From Chrysomallon squamiferum (Eukaryota > Animalia > Mollusca): 64,000 nucleotides of DNA. The stretch covers positions 434,001 through 498,000 of the forward strand of contig CM022678.1 of assembly GCA_012295275.1 (NCBI GenBank), given 5' to 3'. Position 1 is the stretch's first letter; each line of letters opens with the position of its first letter. This document shows, piece after piece, positions 12,001 to 24,000 of the stretch. Made by a program: the position numbers and the translations under genes. The notes beneath the pieces are model-generated. The model saw only the letters and a list, made by a program, of their open reading frames with translations, was not told the origin of the DNA and searched no databases.

Positions 12001-15000
12001 TAGCATTTTCAACGAAACTTGAAAAAAATCGATTTTCAAAAGTTGAAAATCCGTGTGGCACTGTTCCGTTTGGTCGGGAAAAATATTTCGACGTGTGCAA
12101 AACGTGCGCGCCGTCGGGGCGAGTGTGGCAAAAACGTTTCCAACATTTACCAAAGGTGCTGCACCTTTTGAAAATGCGTTTGAAAAAAAATCGAGCAAAT
12201 TTTCAAAAACATGTGCGTTTTTTGCACGTGTCGGAAACGAGTTGTTCCCCTTGGGTGGGGCGTGCGGCACTTTTGACCCGTGTCGGGCAACCCTTGCCCC
12301 ACTTTTGGGTATGTGCGCCCGATTTTTCCCACGTGCTCGGAAAAAGTTATTGCACTTTGAAAAAGGTACCCCTAGCATTTTCAACGAAACTTGAAAAATT
12401 CGATTTTCAAAAGTTGAAAATCCGTGTGGCACTGTTCCGTTTGGTCGGGAAAAATATTTCGACGTGTGCAAAACGTGCGCGCCGTCGGGGCGAGTGTGGC
12501 AAAAAAAAACGTTTCCAACATTTACCAAAGGTGCTGCACCTTTGAAAATGCGTTTGAAAAAAATCGAGCAAATTTTCAAAAACATGTGCGTTTTTGCGCA
12601 CGTGTCGGAAACGAGTTGTTCCCCTTGGGTGGGGCGTGCGGCACTTTTGACCCGTGTCGGGCAACCCTTGCCCCACTTTTGGGTATGTGCGCCCGATTTT
12701 TCCCACGTGCTCGGAAAAAGTTATTGCACTTTGTAAAAGGTACCCCTAGCATTTTCAACGAAACTTGAAAAATTCGATTTTCAAAAGTTGAAAATCCGTG
12801 TGGCACTGTTCCGTTTGGTCGGGAAAAATATTTCGACGTGTGCAAAACGTGCGCGCCGTCGGGGCGAGTGGGCAAAAAAAACGTCCAACATTTACCAAAG
12901 GTGCTGCACCTTTTGAAAATGCGTTTGAAAAAAAAATCGAGCAAATTTTCAAAAACATGTGCGTTTTTGTGCACGTGTCGGAAACGAAACGAGTTGTTCC
13001 CCTTGGGTGGGGCGTGCGGCACTTTTGACCCGTGTCGGGCAACCCTTGCCCCACTTTTGGGTATGTGCGCCCGATTTTTCCCACGTGCTCGGAAAAAGTT
13101 ATTGCACTTTGAAAAAGGTACCCCTAGCATTTTCAACGAAACTTGAAAAAATTCGATTTTCAAAAGTTGAAAATCCGTGTGGCACTGTTCCGTTTGGTCG
13201 GGAAAAATATTTCGACGTGTGCAAAACGTGCGCGCCGTCGGGGCGAGTGTGGCAAAAACGTTTCCAACATTTACCAAAGGTGCTGCACCTTTTGAAAATG
13301 CGTTTGAAAAAAAATCGAGCAAATTTTCAAAAACATGTGCGTTTTTTGTGCACGTGTCGGAAACGAGTTGTTCCCCTTGGGTGGGGCGTGCGGCACTTTT
13401 GACCCGTGTCGGGCAACCCTTGCCCCACTTTTGGGTATGTGCGCCCGATTTTTCCCACGTGCTCGGAAAAAGTTATTGCACTTTGAAAAAAAAATACCCC
13501 TAGCATTTTCAACGAAACTTGAAAAAATTCGATTTTCAAAAGTTGAAAATCCGTGTGGCACTGTTCCGTTTGGTCGGGAAAAATATTTCGACGTGTGCAA
13601 AACGTGCGCGCCGTCGGGGCGAGTGTGGCAAAAACGTTTCCAACATTTACCAAAGGTGCTGCACCTTTTGAAAATGCGTTTGAAAAAAAAATCGAGCAAA
13701 TTTTCAAAAACATGTGCGTTTTTTGTGCACGTGTCGGAAACGAGTTGTTCCCCTTGGGTGGGGCGTGCGGCACTTTTGACCCGTGTCGGGCAACCCTTGC
13801 CCCACTTTTGGGTATGTGCGCCCGATTTTTCCCAAGTGCTCGGAAAAAGTTATTGCACTTTGAAAAAGGTACCCCTAGCATTTTCAACGAAACTTGAAAA
13901 AATTCGATTTTCAAAAGTTGAAAATCCGTGTGGCACTGTTCCGTTTGGTCGGGAAAAATATTTCGACGTGTGCAAAACGTGCGCGCCGTCGGGGCGAGTG
14001 TGGGCAAAAACGTTTCCAACATTTACCAAAGGTGCTGCACCTTTTGAAAATGCGTTTGAAAAAAATCGAGCAAATTTTCAAAAACATGTGCGTTTTTTGT
14101 GCACGTGTCGGAAACGAGTTGTTCCCCTTGGGTGGGGCGTGCGGCACTTTTGACCCGTGTCGGGCAACCCTTGCCCCACTTTTGGGTATGTGCGCCCGAT
14201 TTTTCCCACGTGCTCGGAAAAAGTTATTGCACTTTGAAAAAGGTACCCCTAGCATTTTCAACGAAACTTGAAAAAATTCGATTTTCAAAAGTTGAAAATC
14301 CGTGTGGCACTGTTCCGTTTGGTCGGGAAAAATATTTCGACGTGTGCAAAACGTGCGCGCCGTCGGGGCGAGTGGCAAAAACGTTTCCAACATTTACCAA
14401 AGGTGCTGCACCTTTTGAAAATGCGTTTGAAAAAAAAAAATCGCAAATTTTCAAAAATGTGCGTTTTTTGTGCACGTGTCGGAAACGAGTTGTTCCCCTT
14501 GGGTGGGGCGTGCGGCACTTTTGACCCGTGTCGGGCAACCCTTGCCCCACTTTTGGGTATGTGCGCCCGATTTTTCCCACGTGCTCGGAAAAAGTTATTG
14601 CACTTTGAAAAGGTACCCCTAGCATTTTCAACGAAACTTGAAAAAATTCGATTTTCAAAAGTTGAAAATCCGTGTGGCACTGTTCCGTTTGGTCGGGAAA
14701 AATATTTCGACGTGTGCAAAACGTGCGCGCCGTCGGGGCGAGTGTGGCAAAAACGTTTCCAACATTTACCAAAGGTGCTGCACCTTTTGAAAATGCGTTT
14801 GAAAAAAAATCGAGCAAATTTTCAAAAACATGTGCGTTTTTTGTGCACGTGTCGGAAACGAGTTGTTCCCCTTGGGTGGGGCGTGCGGCACTTTTGACCC
14901 GTGTCGGGCAACCCTTGCCCCACTTTTGGGTATGTGCGCCCGATTTTTCCCACGTGCTCGGAAAAAGTTATTGCACTTTGAAAAAGGTACCCCTAGCATT

Positions 15001-18000
15001 TTCAACGAAACTTGAAAAAATTCGATTTTCAAAAGTTGAAAATCCGTGTGGCACTGTTCCGTTTGGTCGGGAAAAATATTTCGACGTGTGCAAAACGTGC
15101 GCGCCGTCGGGGCGAGGTGGCAAAAAAAACGTTCCAACATTTACCAAAGGTGCTGCACCTTTGAAAATGCGTTTGAAAAAAAATCGAGCAAATTTTCAAA
15201 AACATGTGCGTTTTTTGTGCACGTGTCGGAAACGAGTTGTTCCCCTTGGGTGGCGCGTGCGGCACTTTTGACCCGTGTCGGGCAACCCTTGCCCCACTTT
15301 TTTGGTATATGTGCGCCCGATTTTTCCCACGTGCTCGGAAAAAGTTATTGCACTTTGAAAAAGTACCCCTAGCATTTTCAACGAAACTTGAAAAAATTCG
15401 ATTTTCAAAAGTTGAAAATCCGTGTGGCACTGTTCCGTTTGGTCGGGAAAAATATTTCGACGACGTGTGCAAAACGTGCGCGCCGTCGGGGCGAGTGTGG
15501 CAAAAAAAACGTTTCCAACATTTACCAAAGGTGCTGCACCTTTTGAAAATGCGTTTGAAAAAAAAATCGAACAAATTTTCAAAAACATGTGCGTTTTTTG
15601 TGCACGTGTCGGAAACGAGTTGTTCCCCTTGGGTGGGGCGTGCGGCACTTTTTTGACCCGTGTCGGGCAACCCTTGCCCCATTTTTTGGTATGTGCGCCC
15701 GATTTTTCCCACGTGCTCGGAAAAAGTTATTGCACTTTGAAAAAGGTACCCCTAGCATTTTCAACGAAACTTGAAAAAATTCGATTTTCAAAAGTTGAAA
15801 ATCCGTGTGGCACTGTTCCGTTTGGTCGGGAAAAATATTTCGACGTGTGCAAAACGTGCGCGCCGTCGGGGCGAGTGTGGCAAAAACGTTTCCAACATTT
15901 ACCAAAGGTGCTGCACCTTTTGAAAATGCGTTTGAAAAAAAATCGAGCAAATTTTCAAAAACATGTGCGTTTTTTGTGCACGTGTCGGAAACGAGTTGTT
16001 CCCCTTGGGTGGGGCGTGCGGCACTTTTGACCCGTGTCGGGCAACCCTTGCCCCACTTTTGGGTATGTGCGCCCGATTTTTCCCACGTGCTCGGAAAAAG
16101 TTATTGCACTTTGAAAAAGGTACCCCTAGCATTTTCAACGAAACTTGAAAAAATTCGATTTTCAAAAGTTGAAAATCCGTGTGGCACTGTTCCGTTTGGT
16201 CGGGAAAAATATTTCGACGTGTGCAAAACGTGCGCGCCGTCGGGGCGAGTGTGGCAAAAACGTTTCCAACATTTACCAAAGGTGCTGCACCTTTTGAAAA
16301 TGCGTTTGAAAAAAATCGAGCAAATTTTCAAAAACATGTGCGTTTTTGTGCACGTGTCGGAAACGAGTTGTTCCCCTTGGGTGGGCGTGCGGCACTTTTG
16401 ACCCGTGTCGGGCAACCCTTGCCCCACTTTTGGGTATGTGCGCCCGATTTTTCCCACGTGCTCGGAAAAAGTTATTGCACTTTGAAAAAGGTACCCCTAG
16501 CATTTTCAACGAAACTTGAAAAAATTCGATTTTCAAAAGTTGAAAATCCGTGTGGCACTGTTCCGTTTGGTCGGGAAAAATATTTCGACGTGTGCAAAAC
16601 GTGCGCGCCGTCGGGGCGAGTGTGGCAAAAACGTTTCCAACATTTACCAAAGGTGCTGCACCTTTTGAAAATGCGTTTGAAAAAAAAAATCGAGCAAATT
16701 TTCAAAAACATGTGCGTTTTTTTTGCACGTGTCGGAAACGAGTTGTTCCCCTTGGGTGGGGCGTGCGGCACTTTTGACCCGTGTCGGGCAACCCTTGCCC
16801 CACTTTTGGGTATGTGCGCCCGATTTTTCCCACGTGCTCGGAAAAAGTTATTGCACTTTGAAAAGGTACCCCTAGCATTTTCAACGAAACTTGAAAAATT
16901 CGATTTTCAAAAGTTGAAAATCCGTGTGGCACTGTTCCGTTTGGTCGGGAAAAATATTTCGACGTGTGCAAAACGTGCGCGCCGTCGGGGGAGAGGTGGC
17001 AAAAAAAACGTTTCCAACATTTACCAAAGGTGCTGCACCTTTGAAAATGCGTTTGAAAAAAAAAATCGAGCAAATTTTCAAAAACATGTGCGTTTTTGTG
17101 CACGTGTCGGAAACGAGTTGTTCCCCTTGGGTGGGGCGTGCGGCACTTTTTTACCCGTGTCGGGCAACCCTTGCCCCACTTTTTTTGGTATGTGCGCCCG
17201 ATTTTTCCCACGTGCTCGGAAAAAGTTATTGCACTTTGAAAAAGGTACCCCTAGCATTTTCAACGAAACTTGAAAAAAAAAATTCGATTTTCAAAAGTTG
17301 AAAATCCGTGTGGCACTGTTCCGTTTGGTCGGGAAAAATATTTCGACGTGTGCAAAACGTGCGCGCCGTCGGGGCGAGTGTGGCAAAAACGTTTCCAACA
17401 TTTACCAAAGGTGCTGCACCTTTTGAAAATGCGTTTGAAAAAAAACGAGCAAATTTTCAAAAACATGTGCGTTTTTTGTGCACGTGTCGGAAACGAGTTG
17501 TTCCCCTTGGGGGGGCGTGCGGCACTTTTGACCCGTGTCGGGCAACCCTTGCCCCACTTTTGGGTATGTGCGCCCGATTTTTCCCACGTGCTCGGAAAAA
17601 GTTATTGCACTTTGAAAAAGGTACCCCTAGCATTTTCAACGAAACTTGAAAAAATTCGATTTTCAAAAAGTTGAAAATCCGTGTGGCACTGTTCCGTTTG
17701 GTCGGGAAAAATATTTCGACGTGTGCAAAAAACGTGCGCGCCGTCGGGGCGAGTGTGGCAAAAACGTTTCCAACATTTACCAAAGGTGCTGCACCTTTGA
17801 AAATGCGTTTGAAAAAAAAACGAGCAAATTTTCAAAAACATGTGCGTTTTTTGTGCACGTGTCGGAAACGAGTTGTTCCCCTTGGGTGGGGCGTGCGGCA
17901 CTTTTGACCCGTGTCGGGCAACCCTGCCCCCACTTTTGGGTATGTGCGCCCGATTTTTCCCACGTGCTCGGAAAAAGTTATTGCACTTTGAAAAAGGTAC

Positions 18001-21000
18001 CCCTAGCATTTTCAACGAAACTTGAAAAAATTCGATTTTCAAAAGTTGAAAATCCGTGTGGCACTTTTCCGTTTGGTCGGGAAAAATATTTCGACGTGTG
18101 CAAAACGTGCGCGCCGTCGGGGCGAGTGTGGCAAAAACGTTTCCAACATTTACCAAAGGTGCTGCACCTTTTGAAAATGCGTTTGAAAAAAAAACGAGCA
18201 AATTTTCAAAAACATGTGCGTTTTTTGTGCACGTGTCGGAAACGAGTTGTTCCCCTTGGGTGGGGCGTGCGGCACTTTTGACCCGTGTCGGGCAACCCTT
18301 GCCCCACTTTTGGTATATGTGCGCCCGATTTTTCCCACGTGCTCGGAAAAAGTTATTGCACTTTGAAAAAGGTACCCCTAGCATTTTCAACGAAACTTGA
18401 AAAAATTCGATTTTCAAAAGTTGAAAATCCGTGTGGCACTTTTCCGTTTGGTCGGGAAAAATATTTCGACGTGTGCAAAACGTGCGCGCCGTCGGGGCGA
18501 GTGTGGCAAAAAAAAACGTTTCCAACATTTACCAAAGGTGCTGCACCTTTTGAAAATGCGTTTGAAAAAAAATCGAGCAAATTTTCAAAAACATGTGCGT
18601 TTTTTGTGCACGTGTCGGAAACGAGTTGTTCCCCTTGGGTGGGGCGTGCGGCACTTTTGACCCGTGTCGGGCAACCCTTGCCCCACTTTTTTATATGCGC
18701 CCCGATTTTTCCCACGTGCTCGGAAAAAAGTTATTGCACTTTGAAAAAGGTACCCCTAGCATTTTCAACGAAACTTGAAAAAAAATCGATTTTCAAAAGT
18801 TGAAAATCCGTGTGGCACTTTTCCGTTTGGTCGGGAAAAATATTTCGACGTGTGCAAAACGTGCGCGCCGTCGGGGCGAGTGTGGCAAAAACGTTTCCAA
18901 CATTTACCAAAGGTGCTGCACCTTTTGAAAATGCGTTTGAAAAAAAAAAAACGAGCAAATTTTCAAAAACATGTGCGTTTTTTGTGCACGTGTCGGAAAC
19001 GAGTTGTTCCCCTTGGGTGGGGCGTGCGGCACTTTTGACCCGTGTCGGGCAACCCTTGCCCCACTTTTTTGGGTATGTGCGCCCGATTTTTCCCACGTGC
19101 TCGGAAAAAGTTATTGCACTTTGAAAAGGTACCCCCTAGCATTTTCAACGAAACTTGAAAAATTCGATTTTCAAAAGTTGAAAATCCGTGTGGCACTTTC
19201 CGTTTGGTCGGGAAAAATATTTCGACGTGTGCAAAACGTGCGCGCCGTCGGGGCGAGTGTGGCAAAAAACGTTTCCAACATTTACCAAAGGTGCTGCACC
19301 TTTTGAAAATGCGTTTGAAAAAAAAAAAACGAGCAAATTTTCAAAAACATGTGCGTTTTTTGTGCACGTGTCGGAAACGAGTTGTTCCCCTTGGGTGGGG
19401 CGTGCGGCACTTTTGACCCGTGTCGGGCAACCCCCTTGCCCCACTTTTGGGTATGTGCGCCCGATTTTTCCCACGTGCTCGGAAAAAGTTATTGCACTTT
19501 TGAAAAAGGTACCCCTAGCATTTTCAACGAAACTTGAAAAAAATTCGATTTTCAAAAGTTGAAAATCCGTGTGGCACTTTTCCGTTTGGTCGGGAAAAAT
19601 ATTTCGACGTGTGCAAATCGTGCGCGCCGTCGGGGCGAGTGGCAAAAAAACGTTTCCAACATTTACCAAAGGTGCTGCACCTTTGAAAATGCGTTTGAAA
19701 AAAAAAACGAGCAAATTTTTCAAAAACATGTGCGTTTTTGTGCACGTGTCGGAAACGAGTTGTTCCCCTTGGGGGGGCGTGCGGCACTTTTGACCCGTGT
19801 CGGGCAACCCTTGCCCCACTTTTGGGTATGTGCGCCCGATTTTTCCCACGTGCTCGGAAAAAAGTTATTGCACTTTGAAAAAGGTACCCCTAGCATTTTC
19901 AACGAAACTTGAAAAAATTCGATTTTCAAAAGTTGAAAATCCGTGTGGCACTTTTCCGTTTGGTCGGGAAAAATATTTCGACGTGTGCAAAAGGTGCGCG
20001 CCGTCGGGGCGAGTGTGGCAAAAACGTTTCCAACATTTACCAAAGGTGCTGCACCTTTTGAAAATGCGTTTGAAAAAAAAACGAGCAAATTTTCAAAAAC
20101 ATGTGCGTTTTTTGTGCACGTGTCGGAAACGAGTTGTTCCCCTTGGGTGGGGCGTGCGGCACTTTTGACCCGTGTCGGGCAACCCTTGCCCCACTTTTGG
20201 GTATGTGCGCCCGATTTTTCCCACGTGCTCGGAAAAAGTTATTGCACTTTGAAAAAGGTACCCCTAGCATTTTCAACGAAACTTGAAAAAATTCGATTTT
20301 CAAAAGTTGAAAATCCGTGTGGCACTTTTCCGTTTGGTCGGGAAAAATATTTCGACGTGTGCAAAAGGTGCGCGCCGTCGGGGCGCGAGTGGGCAAAAAA
20401 ACGTTTCCAACATTTACCAAAGGTGCTGCACCTTTTGAAAATGCGTTTGAAAAAAAACGAGCAAATTTTCAAAAACATGTGCGTTTTTTGTGCACGTGTC
20501 GGAAACGAGTTGTTCCCCTTGGGTGGGGCGTGCGGCACTTTTGACCCGTGTCGGGCAACCCTTGCCCCACTTTTGGGTATGTGCGCCCGATTTTTCCCAC
20601 GTGCTCGGAAAAAGTTATTGCACTTTGAAAAAGGTACCCCTAGCATTTTCAACGAAACTTGAAAAAATTCGATTTTCAAAAGTTGAAAATCCGTGTGGCA
20701 CTTTTCCGTTTGGTCGGGAAAAATATTTCGACGTGTGCAAAAGGTGCGCGCCGTCCGGGCGAGTGTGGTGGCAAAAACGTTTCCAACATTTACCAAAGGT
20801 GCTGCACCTTTTGAAAAATGCGTTTGAAAAAAAACGAGCAAATTTTCAAAAACATGTGCGTTTTTTGTGCACGTGTCGGAAACGAGTTGTTCCCCTTGGG
20901 TGGGGCGTGCGGCACTTTTGACCCGTGTCGGGCAACCCTTGCCCCACTTTTGGGTATGTGCGCCCGATTTTTCCCACGTGCTCGGAAAAAGTTATTGCAC

Positions 21001-24000
21001 TTTGAAAAAGGTACCCCTAGCATTTTCAACGAAACTTGAAAAATTCGATTTTCAAAAGTTGAAAATCCGTGTGGCACTTTTCCGTTTGGTCGGGAAAAAT
21101 ATTTCGACGTGTGCAAAAGGTGCGCGCCGTCGGGGCGAGTGTGGCAAAAACGTTTCCAACATTTACCAAAGGTGCTGCACCTTTTGAAAATGCGTTTGAA
21201 AAAAAAACGAGCAAATTTTCAAAAACATGTGCGTTTTTTGTGCACGTGTCGGAAACGAGTTGTTCCCCTTGGGTGGGGCGTGCGGCACTTTTGACCCGTG
21301 TGGGGCAACCCTTGCCCCACTTTTGGGTATGTGCGCCCGATTTTTCCCACGTGCTCGGAAAAAGTTATTGCACTTTGAAAAGGTACCCCTAGCATTTTCA
21401 ACGAAACTTGAAAAAATTCGATTTTCAAAAGTTGAAAATCCGTGTGGCACTTTTCCGTTTGGTCGGGAAAAATATTTCGACGTGTGCAAAACGTGCGCGC
21501 CGTCGGGGCGAGTGTGGCAAAAACGTTTCCAACATTTACCAAAGGTGCTGCACCTTTTGAAAATGCGTTTGAAAAAAAAAAGACGAAAATTTTCAAAAAC
21601 ATGTGCGTTTTTTGTGCACGTGTCGGAAACGAGTTGTTCCCCTTGGGTGGGGCGTGCGGCACTTTTGACCCGTGTGGGGCAACCCTTGCCCCACTTTTGG
21701 GTATGTGCGCCCGATTTTTCCCACGTGCTCGGAAAAAGTTATTGCACTTTGAAAAAGGTACCCCTAGCATTTTCAACGAAACTTGAAAAAAATCGATTTT
21801 CAAAAGTTGAAAATCCGTGTGGCACTTTTCCGTTTGGTCGGGAAAAATATTTCGACGTGTGCAAAAAAGGTGCGCGCGCGTCAAATCGGGGCGAGTGTGG
21901 CAAAAACGTTTCCAACATTTACCAAAGGTGCTGCACCTTTTGAAAATGCGTTTGAAAAAAAAACGAGCAAATTTTCAAAAACATGTGCGTTTTTTGTGCA
22001 CGTGTCGGAAACGAGTTGTTCCCCTTGGGTGGGGCGTGCGCACTTTTTGACCCGTGTGTCGGGCAACCCTTGCCCCACTTTTGGTATGTGCGCCCGATTT
22101 TTCCCACGTGCTCGGAAAAAGTTATTGCACTTTGAAAAAGGTACCCCTAGCATTTTCAACGAAACTTGAAAAAATTCGATTTTCAAAAGTTGAAAATCCG
22201 TGTGGCACTTTTCCGTTTGGTCGGGAAAAATATTTCGACGTGTGCAAAAGGTGCGCGCCGTCGGGGCGAGTGTGGCAAAAACGTTTCCAACATTTACCAA
22301 AGGTGCTGCACCTTTTGAAAATGCGTTTGAAAAAAAAAACGAGCAAATTTTCAAAAACATGTGCGTTTTTTGTGCACGTGTCGGAAACGAGTTGTTCCCC
22401 TTTGGTGGGGCGTGCGGCACTTTTGACCCGTGTCGGGCAACCCTTGCCCCACTTTTGGGTATGTGCGCCCGATTTTTCCCACGTGCTCGGAAAAAGTTAT
22501 TGCACTTTGAAAAAGGTACCCCTAGCATTTTCAACGAAACTTGAAAAATTCGATTTTCAAAAGTTGAAAATCCGTGTGGCACTTTTTCCGTTTGGTCGGG
22601 AAAAATATTTCGACGTGTGCAAAAGGTGCGCGCCGTCGGGGCGAGTGTGGCAAAAAACGTTTCCAACATTTACCAAAGGTGCTGCACCTTTAGAAAATGC
22701 GTTTGAAAAAAAAACGAGCAAATTTTCAAAAACATGTGCGTTTTTTGTGCACGTGTCGGAAACGAGTTGTTCCCCTTGGGTGGGGCGTGCGGCACTTTTG
22801 ACCCGTGTCGGGCAACCCTTGCCCCACTTTTGGGTATGTGCGCCCGATTTTTCCCACGTGCTCGGAAAAAGTTATTGCACTTTGAAAAAGTACCCCTAGC
22901 ATTTTCAACGAAACTTGAAAAATTCGATTTTCAAAAGTTGAAAATCCGTGTGGCACTTTTCCGTTTGGTCGGGAAAAATATTTCGACGTGTGCAAAAAAC
23001 GGTGCGCGCCGTCGGGGCGAGTGTGGCAAAAAACGTTTCCAACATTTACCAAAGGTGCTGCACCTTTTGAAAATGCGTTTGAAAAAAAAACGAGCAAATT
23101 TTCAAAAACATGTGCGTTTTTTGTGCACGTGTCGGAAACGAGTTGTTCCCCTTGGGTGGGGCGTGCGGCACTTTTGACCCGTGTCGGGCAACCCTTGCCC
23201 CACTTTTGGGTATGTGCGCCCGATTTTTCCCACGTGCTCGGAAAAAGTTATTGCACTTTGAAAAAGGTACCCCTAGCATTTTCAACGAAACTTGAAAAAA
23301 TTCGATTTTCAAAAGTTGAAAATCCGTGTGGCACTTTTCCGTTTGGTCGGGAAAAATATTTCGACGTGTGCAAAAGGTGCGCGCCGTCGGGGCGAGTGTG
23401 GCAAAAACGTTTCCAACATTTACCAAAGGTGCTGCACCTTTTGAAAATGCGTTTGAAAAAAAAACGAGCAAATTTTCAAAAACATGTGCGTTTTTTGTGC
23501 ACGTGTCGGAAACGAGTTGTTCCCCTTGGGTGGGGCGTGCGGCACTTTTGACCCGTGTGGGGCAACCCTTGCCCACTTTTTTGGGTATGTGCGCCCGATT
23601 TTTCCCACGTGCTCGGAAAAAGTTATTGCACTTTGAAAAGGTACCCCTAGCATTTTCAACGAAACTTGAAAAAATTCGATTTTCAAAAGTTGAAAATCCG
23701 TGTGGCACTTTTCCGTTTGGTCGGGAAAAATATTTCGACGTGTGCAAAAGGTGCGCGCCGTCGGGGCGAGTGTGGCAAAAACGTTTCCAACATTTACCAA
23801 AGGTGCTGCACCTTTTGAAAATGCGTTTGAAAAAAAACGAGCAAATTTTCAAAAACATGTGCGTTTTTTGTGCACGTGTCGGAAACGAGTTGTTCCCCTT
23901 GGGTGGGGCGTGCGGCACTTTTGACCCGTGTGGGGCAACCCTTGCCCCACTTTTGGGTATGTGCGCCCGATTTTTCCCACGTGCTCGGAAAAAGTTATTG